Source: Candidatus Krumholzibacteriia bacterium
GTDB taxonomy: Bacteria > Krumholzibacteriota > Krumholzibacteriia > JAJRXK01
Direction: 5' to 3'
Length of the DNA: 64,000 nt
Assembly (NCBI GenBank): GCA_041484665.1
Contig: JBGPIA010000004.1
Coordinates: 197,550-261,549 of the forward strand
A program made the translations under genes and the position numbers. Numbering within the stretch: the first letter of the stretch is position 1; each line of letters begins with the position of its first letter. A model generated the notes under the pieces. The model was not told the origin of the DNA. It searched no databases and saw nothing but the letters and a program-made list of their open reading frames with translations. Shown piece after piece: positions 9,324-18,145 of the stretch.

Positions 9324-9345
9324 GTCGTCAACGAGTCGTCAACGA
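9324..9345 (+). repeat. Perfect 11-bp tandem repeat directly before the pilin RBS
   Basis: GTCGTCAACGA x2, running into AAAGGA. Confidence 0.8.
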
Positions 9346-9359
9346 AAGGAATGCGATCC

Positions 9360-9890
9360 ATGCGCTCGATGCGAAACGGAAGCCGCGGGTTCAGCCTTGC
9401 GGAAGTGCTGATCGTGATCGCCTTGCTGGGCATCCTCGCCACGGTCGTGCTGCTGAACCTCGGCGGCTCCGACACCAAGGCCAAGGAATCGGCACTCAAG
9501 TCGAACGTGGCGGCGCTGCGCACCGCCGTCGATCTCTACCGCGCCGACCACGGCTGGAACCCGTGCAGCTCGACGGACGCGAACTACCCGTGCACGGCTG
9601 CGCAGTTCCGCAACAAGCTCACCTATTACACCCGCGACACGGGGGCCGCGTCGAAGACCTACGTCGCCGACACCTTCCGCTTCGGCCCCTATCTGAAGGA
9701 GTTCCCCACGGAGCCCTTCGGCAACTCCGATGACGTGACCATCGTGGCCGGGACCAAGCGCCTCAAGGCCGACATTGCCACGGCTGTCGCCAAGAGCAGC
9801 GCAACCGGCGGTTGGTACTACGAGGCGGACAGCGGCAACCTCGTGGCCAACCTCGGTACCACGTTCCCGGACACGTACGCGGGGTTCTGA
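9360..9890 (+). CDS. Probable major pilin/pseudopilin (PilA/GspG-like)
   Basis: Class III signal RG|FSLAEVLIVIALLGILATVV; LRTAVDLY..DHG, GPYLKEFPTEPF; start could also be 9351 or 9369. Confidence 0.88.
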   Translation: MRSMRNGSRGFSLAEVLIVIALLGILATVVLLNLGGSDTKAKESALKSNVAALRTAVDLYRADHGWNPCSSTDANYPCTAAQFRNKLTYYTRDTGAASKTYVADTFRFGPYLKEFPTEPFGNSDDVTIVAGTKRLKADIATAVAKSSATGGWYYEADSGNLVANLGTTFPDTYAGF

Positions 9891-10267
9891 TGGCCGGCCT
9901 CGGCCGGACCCGGCGCAATCCGCAGGGCTTCAGCCTGGCGGAGGTCGTGCTGGCGCTGGTGTTGCTCGGATTGCTGAGCGCGGGGGCCTCCAGCCTGGTC
10001 ACCTCCGCGCTTGGCACCTCCAACGCTCAGCGCGACCAGATGATCGCGCATCTGCTGGCGGCGCGCGAGCTGGAGACCGCGCTCGCGGGTGGTTACGGCA
10101 CCTTGCCCGCGGGCACGCGTGCGGCCGCCGCGGTGGCGGGCTTCCCGCAGTACACCGCGCGGCTCTCGGTGGCCCAGCAGGGCGCCGACCTGCGGTGGGT
10201 CCGTGTAACCGTGAGTGGGCCGGCGGCAGCCGACTCGTTGGAGACGCTGATCGCGAATCGATCTTGA
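9890..10267 (+). CDS. Minor pilin (PilV/GspI-like)
   Basis: QG|FSLAEVVLALVLLGLL; TGA/ATG overlap with upstream pilin. Confidence 0.8.
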   Translation: MAGLGRTRRNPQGFSLAEVVLALVLLGLLSAGASSLVTSALGTSNAQRDQMIAHLLAARELETALAGGYGTLPAGTRAAAAVAGFPQYTARLSVAQQGADLRWVRVTVSGPAAADSLETLIANRS

Positions 10268-10347
10268 CCGAAGCGCCCATCGGTCGTGAGAGGAGCGTGG
10301 CCCGTGGCGGGGCAGCGCAGCGGGTGCAGACCACGGGAGGGTGCGGC

Positions 10348-10839
10348 GTGACGCGCGCGCGCCCGCAGGCGGGATTCACCCTGGTGGAGGTACTCATCGC
10401 AACGGTCGCGATGGCGGTGCTGGCCGGCGGGGCGTACGCGCTGTTGTCGGCGGCGTTGTCGGCCGAGGGGGTGGCGCAGCGCACGCAGGCGGCCGTCGGT
10501 GGCGCGGCGCAGCTTGCCCTGGCCGTCGCGGGCGAAGTCGCGCGCTGCGAGGCCGTGCTGCACGCGGCGGGGGACTCGCTCACGCTGCGTCTGCCCGGAG
10601 GCCAGAAGGTCGCGTACGGCGCGCGCGATACCGCGGAGGCGCTGGAGGTCTACCGCACGCGGCTGCAGGGCACGGTGTGGGTGGAGGAGCCGATGCATCC
10701 CCTGGCCAGGCTGCTGCACGCCGACGGGACGGTCCCGGCGATCGCCTTCGCCCAGGGGCCGCCCGGGGTCGTCACGTGCCGTATCACCACGGCAGGCTTC
10801 GACGGGCAGTTCGCCGCCAGCCGGTGGGTGGGCCCATGA
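10348..10839 (+). CDS. Minor pilin (PilW/GspJ-like)
   Basis: GGAGG RBS, GTG; AG|FTLVEVLIATVAMAVL. Confidence 0.8.
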   Translation: MTRARPQAGFTLVEVLIATVAMAVLAGGAYALLSAALSAEGVAQRTQAAVGGAAQLALAVAGEVARCEAVLHAAGDSLTLRLPGGQKVAYGARDTAEALEVYRTRLQGTVWVEEPMHPLARLLHADGTVPAIAFAQGPPGVVTCRITTAGFDGQFAASRWVGP

Positions 10840-11312
10840 GATCGAGAGCACGAGCCGGACGGGCGCCGGCGGGGCGGCCGCGCGCATGGCGCGCACAGGA
10901 CGGCAGCAGCATGGCCGTGATGCTCGTGGTGACCGTGCTGGTCTCGGCCCTGGCGCTGGCCATGGCGACGGGTCTTTCGTCGTCGACGGCGCTCTCGGAC
11001 CGCAGCCGCAACGGGCGGCGCGCGGCCTACATCGCCCGCGCCGGGCTGGAGCGGACGTGCGCGCAGCAGCTCCGCGCTCGCAGCGACTGGAGCGGCTTGC
11101 CGGCCGGGTCGCTGTACGCCGATCAGGCCTTCGGAGGTGGCGCTTACGACGTGGCGCTCGCGCCGGCCGGGCGCGACACGGTGATCATCACCGCGCGCGG
11201 CCACTTCCGCGATAGCAACCGCCCGTTGGTGGTGACCGTAGCCCGCAGCCAGGCGGGCGGCATTGCCTTCGCACGCATCCGCGACACGTTCCTGCAAGGG
11301 TGGCTGCCATGA
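10836..11312 (+). CDS. Minor pilin (PilX/GspK-like, lacks Glu5)
   Basis: DG|SSMAVMLVVTVLVSAL...AAYIARAGLE; ATGA overlap. Confidence 0.75.
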   Translation: MRSRARAGRAPAGRPRAWRAQDGSSMAVMLVVTVLVSALALAMATGLSSSTALSDRSRNGRRAAYIARAGLERTCAQQLRARSDWSGLPAGSLYADQAFGGGAYDVALAPAGRDTVIITARGHFRDSNRPLVVTVARSQAGGIAFARIRDTFLQGWLP

Positions 11313-13291
11313 CGAGCGGACCGCGAGACCGATCGAGGCTGGCCCGGGTGCTGGCGGGCGCCGCCGGCGGGCGGGCCGGGCTGCGCTGGGGACGTCCCGG
11401 CGGACGCCAGGTCCTGGGGCTGGACATCGGTGCCGACGTGGTGCGCATGGCACTGCTGGAGAAGCGCCGTGGCAAGCTCTCGGTCCTCTGGACGGAGCCC
11501 ATCAGCCTGACCGAGCTCAAGGGCTTCGCCGACTTCGACGCTGTGGGGGCGCGGCTCGCCGCCGTCTTGCACGCTCGCGGAGCGGAGCACGTCGAGGTCG
11601 CCGCCATGCCGCCGTGGAGCTCGGGCCGCGTCTCCATCGAGGAGATGCCGGCCATGGGCGAACAGCGCCTGCGCAAGGCGGCGCGCTGGTACGCGGAGCG
11701 GGCGGAGGGTGACGATCCGCTCGCGCAGGTCCATCACGCCATCCCGCAGGCGACACGCCCAGGCCAGGACGGAGCCGCGGTCATGGATGCCATGCTGATC
11801 TCCATCGACCGCGTCATGCTCGACGGCCTCGACGAGATGTGCCGTCGCCTCTCGCTGCGTCTGCGCTGGGTCGTGCCCCAGCCGCTGTGCGCCGCGGCGG
11901 TGCTCCCCCTGGATCTGCGGGGGCGTCCGGTCCTGGTGGTGGACGTGGGCGCCGCGCAGACCCGCATGGCGCTCGTCGTCGATGGCTCCGTTCGGCTAGT
12001 GCGCAAGCTCAGCGCCTGCGCCAACGACACGGTGAAGGCCGTCGCTCAATCGAGCGACCTCTCCTGGGAGGACGCGAGCGCCGCCGTGCGCGCCGCCGCG
12101 GCCATGCCCGCCACGGGCACGCCAGGCGCCGGTGCACCGAGCGCCGCTGCGGTGCGCGCGGCGGGCGCCGAGCTCAAGCGCCTGGCCAAATCCCTCGGCG
12201 AGGAGATCGAGCGCAGCGCCGCCTACGTCGCCGCCCGCCACCGTGCGGAGGTCCAAGCCGTGCTGCTGACCGGCGGGCTCGGGGGCTCTCCCGCCCTGAA
12301 CGCCGCGCTCCGGGAGCGCGTGACTCTCCCCTTGCGCGCGCTCGACGCGGCGCAGAGTGCGCTGCTGCGCGGCGCGCGCGCTCGGGAGCCCTTCGGCTCA
12401 GATTGCGCGTTGGCGTGCGGCGCGGCCCTGCTGGCGCTCACCGGTGGCGCGTCGATCAATCTCATGGCGCGCGGCCGCCGGCCGGCCGGCCGCGAGGCAG
12501 GCGCCCGCGCAGGAGCCCGCGCGCAGCTGGGCCTGCGTGCGGTGCTGCGCTCGCGTTGGGCCGCAGCCGCGGCCGTCCTCGCCTTGGCCGTGACCGGGAG
12601 CGAGCGGCAGCTCGTGCGCGTGCAGACGAGCGCGCGAGCCCGGCTGGCAGCGCTGCAGACGCAGGCGGAGAACCTCGACGTCCTGGCCCAGGCCGCCAGC
12701 ACGCGGGACGCCGCTGTGGACCTGCGTGACCGCCTCGCCGCATTGCAGCGCGTCTACCGCCAGCGGACGGTGCTCACCCCATTGTTGGCGCGCATCGTGG
12801 CCTCACTCCCTGACGAAGTGTGGCTCACCGCGATGGGCGTCGAGCGCACCGCCACAGCCGCCGACAGCACCGCCGGCGACGCCGGGCCCGCAGGAGCCGA
12901 TGGCGCGGAGGGTACGGAAGGCGCGCCGGCGGCGGCGCACGTGTCCGGGGGCGCGGGCGCGTCGCTCGCGCTGCACTTGTCAGGCCGCGCACGGCGCGTC
13001 GAGCCCATCGCCGAGCTGGTCGTCAGCCTGGAGTCCAACGCTTTGTTGTCCCGCATCCAAGCCCTCGACATCCGGGAGGAGCTGGTGGGCGAGCCGGGCC
13101 GCCAGAGCCGCGTCTTCACCTTCGAGATCCAGGCGGTGCCCGCTCGCGCAGCGGATGCAGTGCTGGTCGCCGGCGGCGCGCCCGCCGCGAACGGCGTGCA
13201 GGTCGCGCACGAGGTACCGGTCGCTCCTGACGCGCAGGCTGGGCGCGAGCTACCTGACGCGTGCGGCGCGCACGACACGCCCGCGCGCTGA
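11309..13291 (+). CDS. PilM-PilN fusion protein
   Basis: Actin-fold motifs LGLDIG, VVDVGA, LLTGG, then INL motif, TM helix, coiled coil, LPDEVWLT...LSGRA (PilN). Confidence 0.8.
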   Translation: MTSGPRDRSRLARVLAGAAGGRAGLRWGRPGGRQVLGLDIGADVVRMALLEKRRGKLSVLWTEPISLTELKGFADFDAVGARLAAVLHARGAEHVEVAAMPPWSSGRVSIEEMPAMGEQRLRKAARWYAERAEGDDPLAQVHHAIPQATRPGQDGAAVMDAMLISIDRVMLDGLDEMCRRLSLRLRWVVPQPLCAAAVLPLDLRGRPVLVVDVGAAQTRMALVVDGSVRLVRKLSACANDTVKAVAQSSDLSWEDASAAVRAAAAMPATGTPGAGAPSAAAVRAAGAELKRLAKSLGEEIERSAAYVAARHRAEVQAVLLTGGLGGSPALNAALRERVTLPLRALDAAQSALLRGARAREPFGSDCALACGAALLALTGGASINLMARGRRPAGREAGARAGARAQLGLRAVLRSRWAAAAAVLALAVTGSERQLVRVQTSARARLAALQTQAENLDVLAQAASTRDAAVDLRDRLAALQRVYRQRTVLTPLLARIVASLPDEVWLTAMGVERTATAADSTAGDAGPAGADGAEGTEGAPAAAHVSGGAGASLALHLSGRARRVEPIAELVVSLESNALLSRIQALDIREELVGEPGRQSRVFTFEIQAVPARAADAVLVAGGAPAANGVQVAHEVPVAPDAQAGRELPDACGAHDTPAR

Positions 13292-13317
13292 GCCGTGCGC
13301 AACGAGAAGAGGTCCCG

Positions 13318-13995
13318 ATGGCTGCACTGCGTGGACCGAGAGGGTTGAGCCCCGTGACCCGGGCCCTCGCCGTGGCCGTGTTGCTGGGCTGCGGCGGGAG
13401 CGCCTACTACGGGCACCGCCTGCGACCCGCGAGGGTGGAGCTGGCGCACCTGCGACAGCAGTCCGGCGCGCTGCAGCGCCGCATCTCCGACGCCCACGAC
13501 TTGGTCGAGACGCTGCGCAGCGAGCGCAACGAAGCGCGCCAGTGGGTCGGCTACGGGCTGATCCTGCAGGCCCAGACACCGGGGCGCTCGCTGCGGGAAC
13601 TGCTGCTGCGCTGCGGGGCGGGCGACGGTCCCCGCGTACAGGTGCGCGAGGCACACTTCGAGCCGGCGCCCGTAGCGCAAGGATTCGCGCGCATGCGCTT
13701 CCACCTGGTGGTGACGGGCACGGCGCTGGAGCAGCTGCAATTGTTGCGCGACCTGGACGCGGCGTTTCCGCCCGTCGAGCTGGAGAGCGCGGAGCTCACC
13801 TCGGAGCCACCCGCCGTGACACCCGGCACGGCCGGGGCGTTCAGCACGACGGCGGTGGCCGGGATGTCCGGCCCTTCGCGCGGGTCCACCGGGCTCGACA
13901 AGCTCGCGCGCATGGCCGACGCGCTCCCGGGGGGCGGCGCCGCTGGACGCGTCGTCCAGACGGAGCTGAGAGGCTACGTATATGAACCAAACTGA
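13318..13995 (+). CDS. PilO/GspM-like alignment subunit
   Basis: N-terminal TM, coiled coil, FHLVVTGT...LLRDLD ferredoxin-like pattern; operon position. Confidence 0.65.
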   Translation: MAALRGPRGLSPVTRALAVAVLLGCGGSAYYGHRLRPARVELAHLRQQSGALQRRISDAHDLVETLRSERNEARQWVGYGLILQAQTPGRSLRELLLRCGAGDGPRVQVREAHFEPAPVAQGFARMRFHLVVTGTALEQLQLLRDLDAAFPPVELESAELTSEPPAVTPGTAGAFSTTAVAGMSGPSRGSTGLDKLARMADALPGGGAAGRVVQTELRGYVYEPN

Positions 13996-14581
13996 CCGTA
14001 CCGCGCTCGGCGGCGAAGAGAGGGACAAGCTCGCCGCCGGATACGTCGCCCAACGCGGCGGCCGACGCACGGGCCGATGGACTGGCCGACGCGCGGCCCC
14101 CACCACGCGCCCACCGCTCGCGCGTCGCGCCGCGACGGGGATGCTGCTGGCCTGCGTCGCGCTCGCGGCCTGCGGTTGCCGGCACGAGCGCGCCGCGAGC
14201 CACGCGCCAGCCGCGTCGCAGCTTGCACCCGGAGCGCAGGAGCCGGCCGCGCTGGCCGAGGCCTCCATGCAGGAATTCCGAGCGTACGTGATCGGTGATA
14301 CGGGCAGCGCGCCGCTGCCGCAGCGCGATCCATTCGCGCGCGGAGCCGCGCCGACCACTGGGGCCGCCGCGCCATCTCCCGCGCGCCCTGCGCCGGCGGC
14401 GGCGCGGCCGGCTCCCTTGCAGCTGCAGGGACTGCTCGAGCGGGACGGGGTCTGGGTGGCACTGATCGACGGCCAGCGCGTGCGCACGGGCGACGCGCTC
14501 GGCGAGTGGCAGGTAAAGCGTATCGACGCCGCAGGCGTCACGTTGCAGCACGGCGCGCTCCGGCGCCGGCTGGGCCTGTGA
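13982..14581 (+). CDS. PilP/GspB/C-like accessory protein, possible lipoprotein
   Basis: LAAC lipobox-like, RDPF motif, LQLQGL...ALIDGQRVRTGD..GEWQVKRID domain; true start may be downstream. Confidence 0.7.
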   Translation: MNQTDRTALGGEERDKLAAGYVAQRGGRRTGRWTGRRAAPTTRPPLARRAATGMLLACVALAACGCRHERAASHAPAASQLAPGAQEPAALAEASMQEFRAYVIGDTGSAPLPQRDPFARGAAPTTGAAAPSPARPAPAAARPAPLQLQGLLERDGVWVALIDGQRVRTGDALGEWQVKRIDAAGVTLQHGALRRRLGL

Positions 14582-14604
14582 CGCGTACTGGAAAGAAGGC
14601 AGGC

Positions 14605-15963
14605 ATGCGAACGGGATTGGCACCGACGGTCCTGGCCCTCGCGCTCGCGGCGCTGACTGCGCCCTCGACTCCGCAGCCGGCGGCGGCCGGGCCGCAGGGC
14701 GCGCCGGCCACGGCGCCACCGCGCGCCGCCGAACCAGCGCCCCCGCCAGCTGGGGCGCAGAGTCGCTACAACCTCCAGTTCCGCAGCGCCCGCCTGGACG
14801 CCATCCTGCGCGCTCTGGCCGAGGCGCACGGAGCCAACCTGGCCGTCACGGGCGAGCTGGACACCGTGATGACGGCGAACCTCAGCAGTTTGACGCTGCC
14901 GGACGCTCTCGAGGCGCTGCTGGGAGCGACCCGCTGGACGTGGACGGAGGAAGCCGGTCTCTACCGCGTGGTGCCTGGCGGTACAGTCGTGACGCGCATC
15001 GTCCCGCTGCGCTATTCCAACGCCGGGCAGGTCGCCGAAGTGCTGCGAGCGCAGCTGCAAGACGTGACGATCAACGCCGAGCCCCGCAGCAACAGCGTGC
15101 TCGCCAGCGGCCCGGTGCCGCGCGTGCGCGAGGTGGCGCGGCTGCTTGCGGACATCGACCACTCGCGCCCGCAGGTACGCATCCGCGCCGAGATGGTCGA
15201 GGTCAGCCTCACCGACTCCGATGTGCGCGGGGTCGACCTCGACGCGCTGCTCTCCGGACGGGACGCCGACGCCCGGCTGCGCACGGCCTTCGGCGACGTG
15301 CTCGACCCCTCCACCTTGAAGGTCCACACGCTGCAAGGCGACCTGGAGGTCACCGGGATCCTCGCGGCGCTGCGCGAGCGGCGCAAGGCGGCGCTGCTCT
15401 CCAGCCCGGAGATCACCACCCTCGACAACCAGCCCGCCCGCATCCACGTGGGCGAGCGTGTCCCCTACCAGCGCGCCACCACTGAGACGCAGACCGGCGC
15501 CACGTTGGCGGAGGTCGAGTTCCTCGACGTGGGTGTGAAGCTGGAGGTCACTCCTACGGTGAGCGACGACTCCACGCTCTACCTGCAGCTGCACAGCGAA
15601 GTGAGCGAGGTGCTCGATCAGAGCGTGCAGAACGTTCCGCGGATCGGCACGCGCGAGGCCGACACGCGCGTCATGGTCCGGCACGGCGACACCGTGGTGA
15701 TCGGCGGCCTGATCCGCGACAACATCACGCGCACCACGAAGAAGTTCCCGGTGCTGGGCGACATCCCGCTCCTGGGGCTCTTGTTCCGGCGGGACACGGA
15801 CGTGAAGACCAAGACCGAGCTGCTGGTCTTCATCCACCCCTGCATCCTGCCCGATCCCGCCGACCTGCGCCCCACCGCCAAGCAGCAGGAGCTGCGCGAC
15901 CGATTCACGCCGGAGGGCTATCGGGAGGACGCGGACGGGACGACGGGCGGTCGCAAGCGCTGA
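14605..15963 (+). CDS. Secretin (GspD/PilQ family)
   Basis: Signal peptide; QVRIRAEMVEV, PEITTLDNQPARIHVG, VIGGLI, PVLGDIPLLGLLFR, ELLVFIHP. Confidence 0.92.
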   Translation: MRTGLAPTVLALALAALTAPSTPQPAAAGPQGAPATAPPRAAEPAPPPAGAQSRYNLQFRSARLDAILRALAEAHGANLAVTGELDTVMTANLSSLTLPDALEALLGATRWTWTEEAGLYRVVPGGTVVTRIVPLRYSNAGQVAEVLRAQLQDVTINAEPRSNSVLASGPVPRVREVARLLADIDHSRPQVRIRAEMVEVSLTDSDVRGVDLDALLSGRDADARLRTAFGDVLDPSTLKVHTLQGDLEVTGILAALRERRKAALLSSPEITTLDNQPARIHVGERVPYQRATTETQTGATLAEVEFLDVGVKLEVTPTVSDDSTLYLQLHSEVSEVLDQSVQNVPRIGTREADTRVMVRHGDTVVIGGLIRDNITRTTKKFPVLGDIPLLGLLFRRDTDVKTKTELLVFIHPCILPDPADLRPTAKQQELRDRFTPEGYREDADGTTGGRKR

Positions 15964-16010
15964 GTAGCTTGTCGCGCGGCCGGTGTGAGTGGCTTGTCGC
16001 GCGGCCGGTC
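15961..16010 (+). repeat. 25-bp tandem duplication starting at the secretin stop codon
   Basis: TGAGTAGCTTGTCGCGCGGCCGGTG / TGAGTGGCTTGTCGCGCGGCCGGTC. Confidence 0.85.
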
Positions 16011-16117
16011 GGGGGAATGGCCCGCCGGGCTCGGGCGCCCCGCAGGCCCGCAAGACGCCGGAAAACGCGGGGGCTCCGTGTCGAGCCCAAGCGCACCCAG
16101 CCTCCCCGGCGGGGGGT

Positions 16118-16146
16118 TTGACAGGCGTGGATCGGCAGGGTAAAGT
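16118..16146 (+). promoter_or_regulatory. Near-consensus sigma70 promoter
   Basis: TTGACA-17 bp-TAAAGT. Confidence 0.8.
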
Positions 16147-16152
16147 CGGCTT

Positions 16153-16246
16153 GGGACGAGTCGCAGGTGGTCCCCCGCGGGGAAGGCCTCGCGGGGGCCA
16201 CTTTACGCACCAAGGGGTTCGCTACATTGCCCCTGCAACCCGTCCC
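16153..16246 (+). ncRNA. Unclassified structured ncRNA candidate (three-way junction)
   Basis: Starts at the expected +1; 5'/3' ends pair (GGGACG/CGUCCC); ~15-bp inner hairpin; GGGG-UUCG...CCCC arm. Confidence 0.55.
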
Positions 16247-16310
16247 CGCGCCCGGTCCCCCGGGGCCGGAACCTGCTGTGACCGCCTGCCGGCCGCCCTT
16301 GCAGCCGCGG

Positions 16311-16571
16311 TCACTCGCTCGTTTTCGGGCTTCCCCACCGCGCAGCCGCCGCCGCGATCCCCAGCGCCGCGAGCGCCCATACCCAGATGATGGCACCTGC
16401 TCCCACGCCGTAGGTCAGGAAGGCCGCGTGGGCCGTTGCGCGATTGAATTCCGTCAAGATGGCCGGGGGGACCGTCTTCTGGAAGATCGAGAAGAACCAC
16501 TGGCCAAGTATGATTCCGATCACCTCGCTGCCGACGAGCAGAGCGAGCGCCGCGACGAGCTTGCCTCTCAT
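16311..16571 (-). CDS. Small two-TM membrane protein
   Basis: 86 aa, GGAG RBS, two hydrophobic helices, coding-like codon pattern. Confidence 0.75.
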   Translation of the reverse strand: MRGKLVAALALLVGSEVIGIILGQWFFSIFQKTVPPAILTEFNRATAHAAFLTYGVGAGAIIWVWALAALGIAAAAARWGSPKTSE

Positions 16572-16867
16572 GGGGATCTACTCCAACCGATCGTGACTGG
16601 CAGCTCGCTGCGGCAAGGAGCCCTCGGCCGGCCTGACTGGCTCCTCCATCACCGTCCGCAAGCGCATGCCGGTATCCTGACGTGAACCGTTCCCTGGGCC
16701 CCGGTCCCCGTCGCCCGCCCCACTCTAACCCTGCGGTCGCGTTCTGTTCCACTGGTGCTTGCCGGCGATTGTCCCGGCAGAATGCCCCCTTGCGAGCGCG
16801 TGGTGCGGGCGGCCAGTCCGTGCGTGGATGCCGCTCCCCGTCGCAGGACAGGTCGCCGATCCGGATC

Positions 16868-16883
16868 TGTGATCTAGCTCTCA
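16868..16883. promoter_or_regulatory. CRP-like binding site
   Basis: TGTGA-TCTAGC-TCTCA versus TGTGA-N6-TCACA, in a divergent intergenic region. Confidence 0.45.
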
Positions 16884-16941
16884 TGGGCGAAAACGTGGGA
16901 GAATCCCCTCAGGGGTGCATGCTCCGACCCCTGGGCCCCAG

Positions 16942-16977
16942 TCGGCGGCGCTGACCGTATCGGCGGCGCTGACGGTA
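16942..16977 (+). repeat. 18-bp tandem repeat
   Basis: TCGGCGGCGCTGACCGTA / TCGGCGGCGCTGACGGTA. Confidence 0.8.
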
Positions 16978-17023
16978 GCATCGCGACGACGGTGCTGTGT
17001 CCTATCACCGGGGAGGACTCCCG

Positions 17024-18037
17024 ATGGACTGGAACAAACCTCTTGGCGCTTGCGACTCTTTGCTCCCGCCGACGGGCCGGCGGGCTCGCCGGCTCTTGCC
17101 CGCGGCGACTGCCCTCTTCGCTGTGGCCCTGTTGCTCTGCCAGGCGCCCGGCGTCGGCCGGGCTCAGTCCGTCACACTGGCGGGCCTGTGGCCCAATGAG
17201 GACGGTCGCATCTGGAATTACGATGCGGTCTACCAGGAGCTGGGCGGCCCGCCGGTTGCGTTCCGCGCCAGCTTGCTCTTCGATGGGTCCGCGCCGATGC
17301 CGGGCGGCGTTACCGTGCAGAACCTGAAGGGAATCGTCTCCGGTCTGGCACCGCTCGCCGCGACGGGCGCACGTCCAGGTGACGTCGCTTTGGCGGGGCT
17401 CTCGGGCTTCCAGCGATCGCTGTGGATCGCGCGACCGGACCTGCGGCCCGCGCTGCAACGACGAATGGCAAGCACAGCGGCCTTGACGGAGGTGCGGTGG
17501 CCGTTCGTCCTGCTGGGCCCGGCGCAGCTCGCCGACGGTGTCGGTTTCTCGAAGACCTCCTCGCAGGTCGGGATCTGGCGCGGCGAAATCGCCAACTGGT
17601 CATGGTGGTGGCTGCTCGACAACCTGACTGTCGGGGCTCGCTTCGACCAGCAGCTGGTGCCCGACCTCGCCTCCAACGTGTATCTCCACGCTGAGGTGAA
17701 GCAGATCCTCCCCCAGGCGACGCTTCCGAGCGGGACGTTCAACAACGTCCTGGTCATGGAGTACGTCGTCGATTACGGCCAGCAGACCATCACGGACGAG
17801 AGTGGCCACCTGATCGGGACGGGCCGCTATGAGACCCGCGGGACGATCTCCTTCGCGATGGGGGTGGGGCCGATTCACTCCGACGAGGAATTCGTCGTTG
17901 CCGAGCTCGACTGCCCCAGCGGGTGCCCGCCTCCACACGCCCCGGGCGAGGTGCTGGCGCAGGGTGAGCTGACGCTGCGCGAGCCATCGGTGCCCGACGC
18001 GCGCAGGAGCTGGGGCGAGCTGAAGGCCCGGTACTGA
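17024..18037 (+). CDS. Secreted hypothetical protein ending in SWGELKARY
   Basis: GGAGG RBS; signal peptide (ALFAVALLLC...GRA|Q); beta-rich body; terminal SWGxxKxxY motif. Confidence 0.85.
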   Translation: MDWNKPLGACDSLLPPTGRRARRLLPAATALFAVALLLCQAPGVGRAQSVTLAGLWPNEDGRIWNYDAVYQELGGPPVAFRASLLFDGSAPMPGGVTVQNLKGIVSGLAPLAATGARPGDVALAGLSGFQRSLWIARPDLRPALQRRMASTAALTEVRWPFVLLGPAQLADGVGFSKTSSQVGIWRGEIANWSWWWLLDNLTVGARFDQQLVPDLASNVYLHAEVKQILPQATLPSGTFNNVLVMEYVVDYGQQTITDESGHLIGTGRYETRGTISFAMGVGPIHSDEEFVVAELDCPSGCPPPHAPGEVLAQGELTLREPSVPDARRSWGELKARY

Positions 18038-18145
18038 CCGGGGCTCGCGCATCCGCGGGGCTCCCCGCGGCTTGCCGCGAGGGGGGGCGGCCAGGCGAAC
18101 CGGGCCACCCCACCCCAGCAGCGGGAAACGCGACGATGATGCGCC

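Noticed and set aside
12754..16053. 1099-aa minus-strand ORF and many other long overlapping ORFs (e.g. 18263-20992, 53473-55614)
   Set aside because: Antisense shadows of clear genes in high-GC DNA; no motifs, Arg/Pro/Gly-biased
16153..16246. tRNA, SRP RNA or 6S RNA
   Set aside because: No cloverleaf or 7-nt T-loop, no SRP helix-8 motif, too short for 6S
16167..16685. 172-aa plus-strand ORF after the strong promoter
   Set aside because: Start is buried in a stable hairpin, composition is low-complexity, and it overlaps the more credible minus-strand membrane gene
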